Assembly (NCBI GenBank): GCA_036679645.1
Contig: JAZDCY010000014.1
Location: 192,001 to 256,000, forward strand
Length of the DNA stretch: 64,000 bases
Origin: Gemmatimonadota bacterium
Lineage (GTDB): Bacteria > Gemmatimonadota > Gemmatimonadetes > Gemmatimonadales > GWC2-71-9
Direction of reading: 5' to 3'
The notes under the pieces are model-generated. The model had not been told where the DNA came from and made no database searches. It saw nothing but the letters and a program-made list of their open reading frames with translations. Position numbers and translations under genes: made by a program. Position 1 is the stretch's first letter. Each line of letters starts with the position of its first letter. Positions 29,209-38,556 of the stretch are shown here, piece by piece.

Positions 29209-30003
29209 ATGGGTTCTGCCGTATCCGAAGAACGCCGAGTGGATGAACGGCGTCACATCGTCGACCGCCGTTCTCCCGCCTCGCGTCGCGCCGTCCGTGA
29301 TCAGCGGGCGCGACAGCGCCGGTCTGTGCACCTTCGGGTGGCACGCGATCGGCGGGGGAGCGGAGAGCGGCGTTCGTCGTATCGCCGACATCTCCCCGAT
29401 CGGCGCGGCCTGAGCCGTCGCCAAGGTGGTCGCAGGCGCGCAACACCATCACCATTCACAGTGCAGCAGGCCGCCGACATTCAGGTCAGCCACACGACGC
29501 CGGGCTCCCGCCCGAAATGTCCGGTCTGCAGCGGGACGTTCAACTTGGGCTCGCCCCGCCGCCGGGGAGACGACCTGATCCGCCAGGTCCAGTGCTCGAG
29601 CTGCCGCAAGACGACGATCGTGACCAACAGCCTCAAGGCACGCGTCATCGTGATCGCACAGCGTGAGGCCGTGCGCCAGATGATGCGCGCCGTCCTGAAC
29701 GACGCGGGACACGAGGTACTCGAAGCCGCCGATGCCAGCATCGGGTTGTGGGCGTACGGCGAAAACCCGGCGGATGTGGTCTTCATCGACGTCCTGGTTC
29801 CCGGCAGAATGGGCGCCGGGGAGTTCGTCCGGCAGCTCAGACGCGAGCACGGGGACGCAAGGGTGGTCGCGATCTCCGGCCGGCCATCGTATGGCATGGC
29901 CGATCCGCTCGTCGTGGTGAAGCAGTTGGGGGCCGCCAAGACCATCCGGATGCCGTTTTCCTCGGCAGAACTCCTCCACACACTCGAAGAAGCTCGCCCG
30001 TAG
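29209..30003 (+). CDS. Arg-rich repeat + zinc ribbon + atypical receiver domain protein (copy 2)
   Basis: Paralog of 27413: CPVC/CSSC, DVVFID, GRPSYGMADP, IRMPFS. Confidence 0.82.
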   Translation: MGSAVSEERRVDERRHIVDRRSPASRRAVRDQRARQRRSVHLRVARDRRGSGERRSSYRRHLPDRRGLSRRQGGRRRATPSPFTVQQAADIQVSHTTPGSRPKCPVCSGTFNLGSPRRRGDDLIRQVQCSSCRKTTIVTNSLKARVIVIAQREAVRQMMRAVLNDAGHEVLEAADASIGLWAYGENPADVVFIDVLVPGRMGAGEFVRQLRREHGDARVVAISGRPSYGMADPLVVVKQLGAAKTIRMPFSSAELLHTLEEARP

Positions 30004-30084
30004 CATTCGACCGGCCGTACTGCTCCTGCCACGGCGCGAGACATTACCCGGCCAGACCTAGCCACGCTCCTTCCGCACCAAGGG

Positions 30085-31110
30085 CTAGCGCTGCGGCTCC
30101 ACCATCACCTTTAACGACTCCCCTGCATCCACGGTCATTCGGAACGCCTCGGCCGTGTCGGCGAGGCCCACCCGGTGCGTCACCATGGACGCCACGTCGA
30201 CTTTGCGTTCGGCGATCAGATCCAGTGCGGTGCGCATGTCAGCGGGAGGGCCGGCATAGGTGTGCGTCACGGTAATGCCGCGCGACCAGATCTTCTGTAG
30301 CGGGAACGGCCACGTCACTCCGGGGGCGGCCGGGGCAAAGATCATCACCATCCCGCCGAGGTCGACGCTGGCAAACGCATGCTCGATCGCGGCGAGCGCA
30401 CCGGTGCACACGATCACCAGCTCCGCGCCGCGGCCGTCCGTGGCTTCACGAATTCGCGTCGGTACGTCCTCGTCCGCGCGCACCGCCACGTCCGCGCCGA
30501 ACCGACGCGCCTGCGCAAGCCGCCACTCGCTCAGATCGGTGGCAATGACGGTACCGGCCCCGTTCGCCTTGGCAAGCTGGATCTGGAGTATGCCCGAGAT
30601 ACCGCTCCCAAGTACGGCAACGCTCAGTCCGGGTTCCATGCGGGCGAGGCGTTGTGCGCGTATGGTGCAGGCGAGCGGCTCGACGAACGAGCCCTCCTCG
30701 TAGCTCACGCCGTCCGGCAACGTGAACGTGCCATGCGAGACGTTGAGCGCCGGCAGGCGGATGTACTCCGCGAATCCGCCCGGATCGAAGCTGGTCGTGC
30801 GCAACGTCTCGCAGACGCTGTGGCGATCCGTCTCGCAGTACCGACACGCGCCGCACGGCACGTGGTGGGTGGTGCAGATCCTGTCGCCGGGTGCGAAGGC
30901 GGTGACCCCATCACCTACCTCAACGACGTCGCCGGCCACTTCATGACCCAGCACAAGCGGCGCCCGCTTCACGCGGTACCACTCCATGACATCGGAACCG
31001 CACACGCCGCTGGCCTCGATGCGCATCAGCAACTCGCCCGGCCCGATCGCGGGTCGGGGACGTTCCTCGAGGCGGATATCGCGATTGTTGTAGTAGACGG
31101 CGACGCGCAT
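30085..31110 (-). CDS. Zinc-dependent alcohol/polyol dehydrogenase (MDR)
   Basis: GVCGSD, GHEVAG, CGACRYC...C, VEPLAC, GSGISG. Confidence 0.92.
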   Translation of the reverse strand: MRVAVYYNNRDIRLEERPRPAIGPGELLMRIEASGVCGSDVMEWYRVKRAPLVLGHEVAGDVVEVGDGVTAFAPGDRICTTHHVPCGACRYCETDRHSVCETLRTTSFDPGGFAEYIRLPALNVSHGTFTLPDGVSYEEGSFVEPLACTIRAQRLARMEPGLSVAVLGSGISGILQIQLAKANGAGTVIATDLSEWRLAQARRFGADVAVRADEDVPTRIREATDGRGAELVIVCTGALAAIEHAFASVDLGGMVMIFAPAAPGVTWPFPLQKIWSRGITVTHTYAGPPADMRTALDLIAERKVDVASMVTHRVGLADTAEAFRMTVDAGESLKVMVEPQR

Positions 31111-31116
31111 TGCGTC

Positions 31117-32205
31117 CTAGTGTAGTGTCGCCAAAGTCTTATTGGCTTTGTTCACCTTCGTCAGGATCTGGCGCGTGGTGGCGGTCCAAGCGAAGGGTTT
31201 TGGGTTTTGGTTGCGGCGGTCGATGTAGCGCGTGATGTGCTCGATGAGCTCGTTCACGTTGTGGACCGCCAACCGACGCAAGTGCCGTTCGGTCAGTTCG
31301 CTGAAGAACCGTTCGACGAGATTGAGCCAGGAGGTAGAGGTGGGGGTGAAGTGGAAATGGACCCGGTGATGGCGCGCTAACCAGGCTTTGACCTTGGGAT
31401 GTTTGTGTGTTTGGTAGTTGTCGAGGATGACGTGGATGGCCAGATGCTTGGGGACGGTCCGGACGAGCTGACGCATGAACTTCAGGAACTCTTGATGGCG
31501 GTGCCGCGGCATGCAGTCGCGGAGGATCCGGCCCGTGGCAACCTCCAGGGCGGCAAACAGGGTGGTCGTCCCATGCCGCTTATAGTCGTGCGTCATGGTT
31601 CCCGCTCGACCCCGCTTCAACGGCAGCCCCGGTTGCGTGCGATCCAGCGCTTGGATTTGGCTCTTCTCATCGAACGAGAAAACGACGGCCCGCTCGGGGG
31701 GATCAAGATACAGTCCCACCACGTCGCGCAGCTTCTCTACGAACGCCGGATCGGTCGACAACTTGAACGTCTCGACCCGGTGTGGTTGCAGCCCGTGCAC
31801 CTTCCAGATGCGAGCAATCGTGGAATGGTGCAGCCCGGTCACCTCGGCCATCAGCCGCGTACTCCAGTGCGTGGCGCGGTCGGTCGGCGGCTTGGTGTGC
31901 AGGGTCCGGTGGACAATCGCTGCTTCATCCGCCGGGCTCACGCGCTTCGGTCGGCCGGAGCGGGGCCGGTCGGTCAGCAGGCCGTCCAGCCCTTCGGCGG
32001 CGTAGCGATCGAGCCAGAGCGTGACCGTGGGGCGCGACACCCCCAGCTGCGCACAAATGACATTGCCCGACTCACCGGCGGCGGACGCCAGAACAATCCG
32101 GGCGCGTTCCACCACGCGGTGGGGGGTGGTGCGCGAGCGCGTCAGCCGCTCCAACTGCTTCCGATCCCCTCGCCGCAATCGGATCACCCGAACTGGAAGT
32201 GGCAT
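31117..32205 (-). CDS. IS630 family DDE transposase
   Basis: HTH, DRPRSGRP, DEKSQIQALDR, HDYKRHGT, ILDNY, SWLNLVERFF. Confidence 0.96.
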   Translation of the reverse strand: MPLPVRVIRLRRGDRKQLERLTRSRTTPHRVVERARIVLASAAGESGNVICAQLGVSRPTVTLWLDRYAAEGLDGLLTDRPRSGRPKRVSPADEAAIVHRTLHTKPPTDRATHWSTRLMAEVTGLHHSTIARIWKVHGLQPHRVETFKLSTDPAFVEKLRDVVGLYLDPPERAVVFSFDEKSQIQALDRTQPGLPLKRGRAGTMTHDYKRHGTTTLFAALEVATGRILRDCMPRHRHQEFLKFMRQLVRTVPKHLAIHVILDNYQTHKHPKVKAWLARHHRVHFHFTPTSTSWLNLVERFFSELTERHLRRLAVHNVNELIEHITRYIDRRNQNPKPFAWTATTRQILTKVNKANKTLATLH

Positions 32206-32262
32206 GCACCAAGATAGGCTCCCCGTGAACATTATACAAGACACTTTAGCGACACTACACTA
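31118..32262. mobile_element. IS630 family insertion sequence, intact
   Basis: Terminal IRs TAGTGTAGTGTCGCCAAAGT / ACTTTAGCGACACTACACTA, CTAG at both ends (TA target). Confidence 0.93.
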
Positions 32263-33072
32263 GGAGGTGGGAGCGGGAGCCAGGACCGGTCCCTGTTTCG
32301 CCTTCTCCTCTTGGTAGATTCCGTACGCGTCGGCGACGCCGGCGGCTTCGTGCACCACGGCGCGCACGGCGCGGATCATGCCTACCGGGCAGTCCGACTG
32401 GAAGATGTTCCGGCCCATGTCAACGCCCGAGGCGCCCGCGCTTATGGCGTTGAAAGCCAACTCGACAGCATCCCGCTCGGGAATCTTCTTGCCGCCCGCG
32501 ATCACTACCGGAACCGGCGTGTCCCGCACGATCTTCTCGAACCCGTCGCAGAAGTAGGTCTTGACCATCTGCGCTCCCAACTCGGCGCAGATACGGCACG
32601 CGAGACCGAGGTAGCGTTGATCGCGCACCATGTCCTTCCCCACCGCGGTGACCGCGAGTACGGGCAGGCCGTACTTGTACCCCTCGTCGACCAGCTTCGC
32701 CAAATTAAGCAGCGTGGTCCGTTCACCGTCGGCGCCCACGAACACCGAGAGCGTGATCGCCGAGGCGTTCACACGCAGGGCGTCATCCATCGCGACGGTG
32801 AGGCCCTCGTCGGACAACTCGCGCAGCACGCTCGTACCACCGGACATCCGGAGCACGATCGGGATGTCGGTCTGAGGCGGCACGCACGTTCTGAGGATGC
32901 CGCGCGTCAGCATCAGCGAATCGGCATGTGGCAGCAACGGCTCGATGGTCTTGCCCGGCTGCTCGAGCCCCGAGGTGGGGCCCAGAAAATAGCCGTGATC
33001 GATCGCCAGCATGACGGTGCGGCCGGTCTCCTGGAAGATCCGGCTCATCCTGTTGTGCATTCCCCAATCCAT
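32260..33072 (-). CDS. lsrF: LsrF-like class I aldolase/thiolase (DhnA family)
   Basis: MDWGMHNRMSRIF, LAIDHGYFLGP, VKTY, IAGGKK, GVDMGRNIFQ. Confidence 0.88.
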   Translation of the reverse strand: MDWGMHNRMSRIFQETGRTVMLAIDHGYFLGPTSGLEQPGKTIEPLLPHADSLMLTRGILRTCVPPQTDIPIVLRMSGGTSVLRELSDEGLTVAMDDALRVNASAITLSVFVGADGERTTLLNLAKLVDEGYKYGLPVLAVTAVGKDMVRDQRYLGLACRICAELGAQMVKTYFCDGFEKIVRDTPVPVVIAGGKKIPERDAVELAFNAISAGASGVDMGRNIFQSDCPVGMIRAVRAVVHEAAGVADAYGIYQEEKAKQGPVLAPAPTS

Positions 33073-33193
33073 CGTCTCACCTCTCCGGGATAGCGCCTAC
33101 TCGCCTCCGAATATACTCATGCCCCCGCAACCGACCACCACGAACCACCAACGATCCCTCGCCACCTCAGTGTCATCGGGTTAAAACAAGATC

Positions 33194-33985
33194 ATGAACC
33201 CGCTCGTGGACCTCACTGCGCGCCCAATCATCGCGCACCGCGGCGCATCTGCGGAAGCCCCGGAGAACACCATGCCGGCCTTCGAGTTGGCGGTCGAGCA
33301 GGGAGCTGACGCGATCGAGTTTGATATTCAGGTAACGGCAGACGGGATACCGGTCGTCATGCATGACCCCATGCTAGAGCGCACGACCAACCGGAGCGGC
33401 GCCGTCGCCGCCCACACACTGTCCCAGCTCCGGGTTGCGGACGCTGGCGCACAGTTTTCTCCAGACCATGGCCAGTCATTCCCGTGGCGCGATCGAGGCG
33501 CCCGGATTCCCACGCTCGCAGAGGTTGTTGATGCGTTCGCACTCCCACTCCTAATCGAACTCAAGACTCCACGCGCGCAAGACGCGGTGCGCCAGGTGCT
33601 CCAGCAGCACGGCGCCACTGACCGCTGCGTGATCGCCGCGGCGGACGCGAACGCAACTACCGCGTTGCGGGATTCCCCATTCCTTCTGGGGGCGTCCCGG
33701 CGCGACATCGTCCGGCTTCTTCTCCGTACCTATTTCAGGATACCCGTTGGCAACATTCACTACAGCGCGCTGTCTGTTCCGGAACGCCATCGCCGCCTAC
33801 CGATTGCCACGAGGGGTTTCGTCATGGCAGCGCGTCGCCTGGGCTGTCCCGTCCACGTGTGGACGGTCGACGAACCGACGACGGTACGCGCGCTATGGAA
33901 ACGGGGGGTAGCTGGGATCGTTACGAACGTGCCCGGCGTCATGCGCGAGATTCGCGACACCATGCCTCGCACCGCACCCCCCTAG
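33194..33985 (+). CDS. Glycerophosphodiester phosphodiesterase
   Basis: IIAHRGAS..APENT, IEFDI, HDPMLERTT, IELK, VHVWTVD. Confidence 0.93.
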   Translation: MNPLVDLTARPIIAHRGASAEAPENTMPAFELAVEQGADAIEFDIQVTADGIPVVMHDPMLERTTNRSGAVAAHTLSQLRVADAGAQFSPDHGQSFPWRDRGARIPTLAEVVDAFALPLLIELKTPRAQDAVRQVLQQHGATDRCVIAAADANATTALRDSPFLLGASRRDIVRLLLRTYFRIPVGNIHYSALSVPERHRRLPIATRGFVMAARRLGCPVHVWTVDEPTTVRALWKRGVAGIVTNVPGVMREIRDTMPRTAPP

Positions 33986-34044
33986 CCACCCGGGTCGTCC
34001 CCGTAGCATCTTTCCGACCGCACCCAGCCTGGAGCCTCCCACAC

Positions 34045-36978
34045 GTGGCCGAGATCACCGAGCACCTCTCCAAGGCACTGGCGGGCCGCTACACCGTCGA
34101 GCGCGAGCTAGGGGCGGGCGGCATGGCCACTGTGTACCTGGCGCACGACGTCAAGCACAACCGCAAGGTCGCGATCAAGGTGCTGCGCCCGGAGCTGGCG
34201 GCGGCCATCGGGGCGGAGCGGTTCCTCAAGGAGATCGAGGTCACCGCCAACCTGCAGCATCCGCACATCCTGCCGCTCTTCGATTCTGGGGAAGCCGATT
34301 CGCTCGTCTACTATGTCATGCCGTTCGTCGAAGGCGAATCGCTACGCGACCGACTCAACAGAGACGGACCGCTCCCCATAGCAGACGCTCTTGCCATCAC
34401 GAAGGACATCGCGGCAGCGTTGACACACGCGCATGCGCACGACGTGATCCACCGCGATATCAAGCCCGATAACATCCTGCTCGAGGATGGCGAAGCGCTG
34501 GTCGCAGATTTCGGCATCGCGCTGGCCTTTTCCGCAGCGGGAAAAGCGCGGCTCACGGCGACTGGTCTCTCGCTCGGCACACCTGCGTACATGAGTCCCG
34601 AGCAGATCGGTGGAGAGCCGACGATCGATGGGCGCAGTGACGTATACGCACTGGGATGCCTGTTGTACGAGATGCTCACCGGGTCACCACCGTTCACCGG
34701 CCCCAACGCCCAAGCCATCATCGCGGCGGCGCTCGCAGATCCGGCCCCCTCCGTCCGGGACCGCCGGGCGGACATCCCAGCGGCAATCGACGTCGCCATC
34801 ACGACGGCGTTAGCCAAGCGGCCCGAAGGCCGTTTCGAGAGCCCCCGAGCCTTCTACGATGCGTGTCGCGTATCGGAGACAGTAGTGCCGACAGGGCGAC
34901 CGCTCGCGAGACTGGGAGTTGGAGTCGCGGTTTTCGTCCTGGCGATCGCGGCATTCTTGAGTTGGGGCACTGCGCGCGTGTCAAAGGCGCGAGCGTCGCT
35001 CGCCGAGATCGCGTCGCTCGCTGCGGACGGCAACTACGTCGATGCATATGACCGAGCGGTGCGCGCCGAGCGGGTCCTGGGGGACGATAGCGTCCTCGCC
35101 GACCTCATGTTCGAGGTATCCGATCTTCTCAGCGTCACGACCGAACCGGCGGGGGCAAGCGTCTTTCTCCAGCCGTACGCCGGCGGCACTGATGGGGCGC
35201 CTGACAGCCAACTCGTGGGGGTCACGCCGCTGCGCCACCACCGCGTGCCGCGCATTGACCACCGCGTTGTCCTCGCGCTGGTCGGATTTCAAGCGGTGGA
35301 GCGCATCGCGAGCAGCGCTCTCGATCGGAGTATGAGACGGTATGCTGACAGCAGTCAGACAATCCGTCTGGCTCTCACGCTCCAACCGCTCGATAAGGGG
35401 CATGAGGGCCTGGTGTTCGTGCCGGGTGGCGAGTACACCATGACGAGCCCCGACATACCTCCCGGTCTCTCGGCAAGGCTCGATGATTTCCTCATCGATC
35501 GCTTCGAGGTGACCAATGCCGCGTACCAGAGGTTCGTAATGGAAAGCGGATACGCCAACCCGACGTACTGGTCTGGTGCCAACTCAACCGTCCGCTCCAC
35601 GCTGGTCGATCGCACGGGACTTCCGGGCCCCAGACATTGGGTCGGCCAAGCCTTCCCCGATGGGAAAGATCGATACCCAGTCACGGGCATCACGTGGCTC
35701 GAGGCCACCGCGTACTGTCGCTCGGTCGGCAAGCGGCTTCCTACGGTGTACGAATGGGAAAAGACGGCGCGCGACGGTCGGGTGTCGCTTGGCGTGCTGA
35801 TGCCGTGGGGCTACATGAGTTCCACCGGCCCGAGTGTCGGTCGCGCCAACTTCGCAGGCAGCGGATCGATGCCGGTCGACGCGTTCCCGTTTGGTATCAG
35901 CCCGTACGGAGCGTACGCGATGGCCGGCAACGTCAAGGAATGGACCGCCAACCCGATGGGTGACGGATACGTCGTCACGGGAGGATCGTGGGAAGACCCC
36001 GCCTATCTCTACACTGAATTCGGTTCTCAGCCCGCATCGCACTCGTCGATGGCCCTCGGGTTCCGCTGCGCGCGGACGGTCAGCGAGGCTCGGGCAGCGC
36101 AGGGGGAAGAACGGATCGAATTCGAGTTGCGGACCCCAGTATACAGTCCCGTAGACCGCACCGCATTTCGTTCGCTCCTCGCACATTATCGGTACGACCC
36201 GCGCCCGGCAAACGCGCGCATGATAGAGAGCGCCGAGACCGAGGGATGGACTCGAGAGCGGATTTGGATAGATGGCGTCGAAAGCGACTCCGTGCTGTTG
36301 TACTTCTATACTCCCACAGGCACCCCGCCCCCGTTTCAGACGATCGTGTTCGTGCCTGGCAGTGACGCGTTCTGCTGCCGTACGCTCGTGGAGCACGTCG
36401 AGTGGGCCATCGGACCTGCCATTCGTGCTGGGCGGGCCGTGCTGGCCGTGGTGCTCGAGGGCATGGTGGAACGCGGCTGGGGACCGGGGTACACCCGGCC
36501 TCCAACCAACTCCGTCCGCTTTCGCGACCAGATGGTCCGTCATGCCACAGAGCTGCGCCTCGGCATGGATTATCTCGCAACACGCGGCGACGTGAACATG
36601 GACCTACTCGCCTACGTCGCGGTGAGCTTCGGGGCCGGCTCACGCCTCGGTTTCGCCGCGGTCGACGATCGGTACAAGGCAGTCGTGTTCATTGGTGGCG
36701 GCATTGACGAACGCATGAAGCCGACGCTGCCTGAAGCCGACAACGTCAACTTCGCCCCCTATATAGATGTGCCCAAGCTCCTACTCAACGGACGGAACGA
36801 CGAGGAGCACCCGTGGCTCACACGCGCACTACCGTTATGGAATCTGCTCTCGGAACCGAAGAAGCTGGTCCTAGTAGACGGGGCTGGCCATGTGCCGCCG
36901 CTGGAGGCGCGCATCCCGGCTATCAACGATTTCCTGGATGAGACGCTGGGACCGGTGCAGGCGCATAGGCGCCCTTGA
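34045..36978 (+). CDS. Ser/Thr kinase fused to FGE-sulfatase (SUMF1) and alpha/beta hydrolase domains
   Basis: HRDIKPDN, DFG, GTPAYMSPEQ; TM; FLIDRFEVTN, RLPTVYEWEK, MAGNVKEW, GFRCAR; VSFGAG...D...GHV. Confidence 0.9.
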   Translation: MAEITEHLSKALAGRYTVERELGAGGMATVYLAHDVKHNRKVAIKVLRPELAAAIGAERFLKEIEVTANLQHPHILPLFDSGEADSLVYYVMPFVEGESLRDRLNRDGPLPIADALAITKDIAAALTHAHAHDVIHRDIKPDNILLEDGEALVADFGIALAFSAAGKARLTATGLSLGTPAYMSPEQIGGEPTIDGRSDVYALGCLLYEMLTGSPPFTGPNAQAIIAAALADPAPSVRDRRADIPAAIDVAITTALAKRPEGRFESPRAFYDACRVSETVVPTGRPLARLGVGVAVFVLAIAAFLSWGTARVSKARASLAEIASLAADGNYVDAYDRAVRAERVLGDDSVLADLMFEVSDLLSVTTEPAGASVFLQPYAGGTDGAPDSQLVGVTPLRHHRVPRIDHRVVLALVGFQAVERIASSALDRSMRRYADSSQTIRLALTLQPLDKGHEGLVFVPGGEYTMTSPDIPPGLSARLDDFLIDRFEVTNAAYQRFVMESGYANPTYWSGANSTVRSTLVDRTGLPGPRHWVGQAFPDGKDRYPVTGITWLEATAYCRSVGKRLPTVYEWEKTARDGRVSLGVLMPWGYMSSTGPSVGRANFAGSGSMPVDAFPFGISPYGAYAMAGNVKEWTANPMGDGYVVTGGSWEDPAYLYTEFGSQPASHSSMALGFRCARTVSEARAAQGEERIEFELRTPVYSPVDRTAFRSLLAHYRYDPRPANARMIESAETEGWTRERIWIDGVESDSVLLYFYTPTGTPPPFQTIVFVPGSDAFCCRTLVEHVEWAIGPAIRAGRAVLAVVLEGMVERGWGPGYTRPPTNSVRFRDQMVRHATELRLGMDYLATRGDVNMDLLAYVAVSFGAGSRLGFAAVDDRYKAVVFIGGGIDERMKPTLPEADNVNFAPYIDVPKLLLNGRNDEEHPWLTRALPLWNLLSEPKKLVLVDGAGHVPPLEARIPAINDFLDETLGPVQAHRRP

Positions 36979-37112
36979 GGAAACTGCCAGCGGCGCGCCT
37001 CCTCCACGGCGCGGCGTGAGATCAGTAGTGGTAAGGCGGCAACCGTGCTCCCTGGACGTTTATGCTAGCGTATTATATGTTTCGCTATCAAATGCTACCC
37101 ATAGGCGCTTCG

Positions 37113-37337
37113 ATGGCAACAGTACAGATCAACGCCCGCATTGATGCCTCCCTGAAGAAGGCCATCGATGCATACTGCCGGTCCCGCGGAATAGTGATGA
37201 ATCATTTCGTCCAGGAAGCACTGCTCGATCGGCTGGAAGAACTCGAGGATGTTGAGGACCTCAAGGCGCTGCGCCACGAACCGACCCGGCCGCTTTCCGA
37301 CGTGCTCGCCGAACTGAAACTCGATGGCCGTCTATAG
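37113..37337 (+). CDS. Ribbon-helix-helix antitoxin
   Basis: VQINARID N-terminus, acidic tail, overlaps RelE gene. Confidence 0.8.
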   Translation: MATVQINARIDASLKKAIDAYCRSRGIVMNHFVQEALLDRLEELEDVEDLKALRHEPTRPLSDVLAELKLDGRL

Positions 37338-37584
37338 CATCGAGATCAGTCGCACCGCTGAGAAACAACTCAAGAAGCTCCGCCGTGACGATCAGCGTCG
37401 TGTTGTAAGAGCCATTCTCGCCCTGAGCGGCGACCCACGCCCCCAAGGATCTCGCAAGTTGACGGGATACGATGACGTCTTTCGCATCCGCGTAGGTCGC
37501 TATCGAGTCTTGTATAGTGTCTCAGGTACAAAACTCATCGTCATCGTCCTGAAGATCGGTCATCGTAAAGACGTCTATCGCTAG
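37324..37584 (+). CDS. RelE/ParE family toxin
   Basis: AEKQLKKL, PRPQGSRKLTG, FRIRVGRYRVLY, IGHRKDVYR. Confidence 0.93.
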   Translation: MAVYSIEISRTAEKQLKKLRRDDQRRVVRAILALSGDPRPQGSRKLTGYDDVFRIRVGRYRVLYSVSGTKLIVIVLKIGHRKDVYR

Positions 37585-37599
37585 CTACCGCAGTCCCGC

Positions 37600-37875
37600 T
37601 CAACCGATGATGAGCCGTCCGATACCGAGCATGGTGGCCACGGTCCCGAGCCAGAACAGGAACATCCACTTGATCAGCTCTGCCTCGAGCTCGGCCATGC
37701 GCTGTTCGAGCTTGGCGTCGAACCGCTGGAAGTTCTGCTCGTTCATTTCGCGCAGCTCGGCCCTGAACGTGGCGTCCATGTCGTTCAACAGCCCCACCAG
37801 CTCGTCGACGACCTTGTCGCCGAGCCGGTCGTAGAATTCGCGGGACAGCTTCCCGGTTACGGGCGTGTCCCACAC
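37600..37875 (-). CDS. DUF1640-like coiled-coil protein with C-terminal TM (start uncertain)
   Basis: RFDAKLEQRMAELEAELIKWMFLFW. Confidence 0.7.
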   Translation of the reverse strand: MWDTPVTGKLSREFYDRLGDKVVDELVGLLNDMDATFRAELREMNEQNFQRFDAKLEQRMAELEAELIKWMFLFWLGTVATMLGIGRLIIG

Positions 37876-37964
37876 GATAATGTACGCTCGGCCTTGCCTC
37901 GTGATCAAATCAACGCGGCAGACGAGCGGGAATATGCCGGGGCCGACCGTCGGAGAGCAGTTTC

Positions 37965-38393
37965 CTAGGAGGAGCCTTCAGCAGCCTCGAGCATCACCGC
38001 AGCGATCAGATCGTACGCGTCCCCCCACGCCCGCTGCACGTCTGGAGTGAAGGTAGGCCCGAGCGTTTGGGCGAGTGCCCACATGAGGGCGTCTCGCACG
38101 ATCGGGTAGTGCTCTGGCTTGGCGCCGTATGCCACGTGATCGCGACCGAGCCGCTCCATGGCCGGGCGCACCCGCTCCAACAAATAGAGTCCGTGCACCA
38201 TATGAGCGAGGGTGTCCATGAACTTCTTGCCCTGCTCCGCCATGTCGTGCGTGAACAACTGCCGAACGGAAGGATCCAGCTCAAACAGACGCGCATAGAA
38301 GCGCTCGGCCGCCGCCTCTTGCTTTGGCAAGAGGGCTGTCAAACTGGAGCGGACGAGGTCGAGCTTGTCGGTTCGTAACGGCGCCCAACTCAT
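37965..38393 (-). CDS. Single-domain globin
   Basis: FYARLFELDPSVRQLF, EQGKK, LGRDHVAYG..EHYPIV, AWGDAY. Confidence 0.92.
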   Translation of the reverse strand: MSWAPLRTDKLDLVRSSLTALLPKQEAAAERFYARLFELDPSVRQLFTHDMAEQGKKFMDTLAHMVHGLYLLERVRPAMERLGRDHVAYGAKPEHYPIVRDALMWALAQTLGPTFTPDVQRAWGDAYDLIAAVMLEAAEGSS

Positions 38394-38464
38394 CGTGACC
38401 TGCCTAGGAGTGCTGCGCCCCCAAAGATGCGGCTCGCGTCGAGCGGAAGGAAGACCCGAAGGAT

Positions 38465-38487
38465 TGACCCGCGGGTAAACCCGCGGC
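38465..38487. repeat. REP-like palindrome TGACCCGCGGGTAAACCCGCGGC (second exact copy 41547-41569)
   Basis: 23-bp identical copies on both sides of the kinase gene. Confidence 0.8.
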
Positions 38488-38556
38488 ACCGACCCTACCG
38501 CCTCGAGTCTCCTGACCCCATCTTCTTGAACGGCCATCCTCGCTCCGGAGTGACCC

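Noticed and set aside
32260..33072. Complete AI-2 (lsr) quorum-sensing locus
   Set aside because: Only an lsrF-like gene; no lsrK, lsrR, lsrACDB or lsrG
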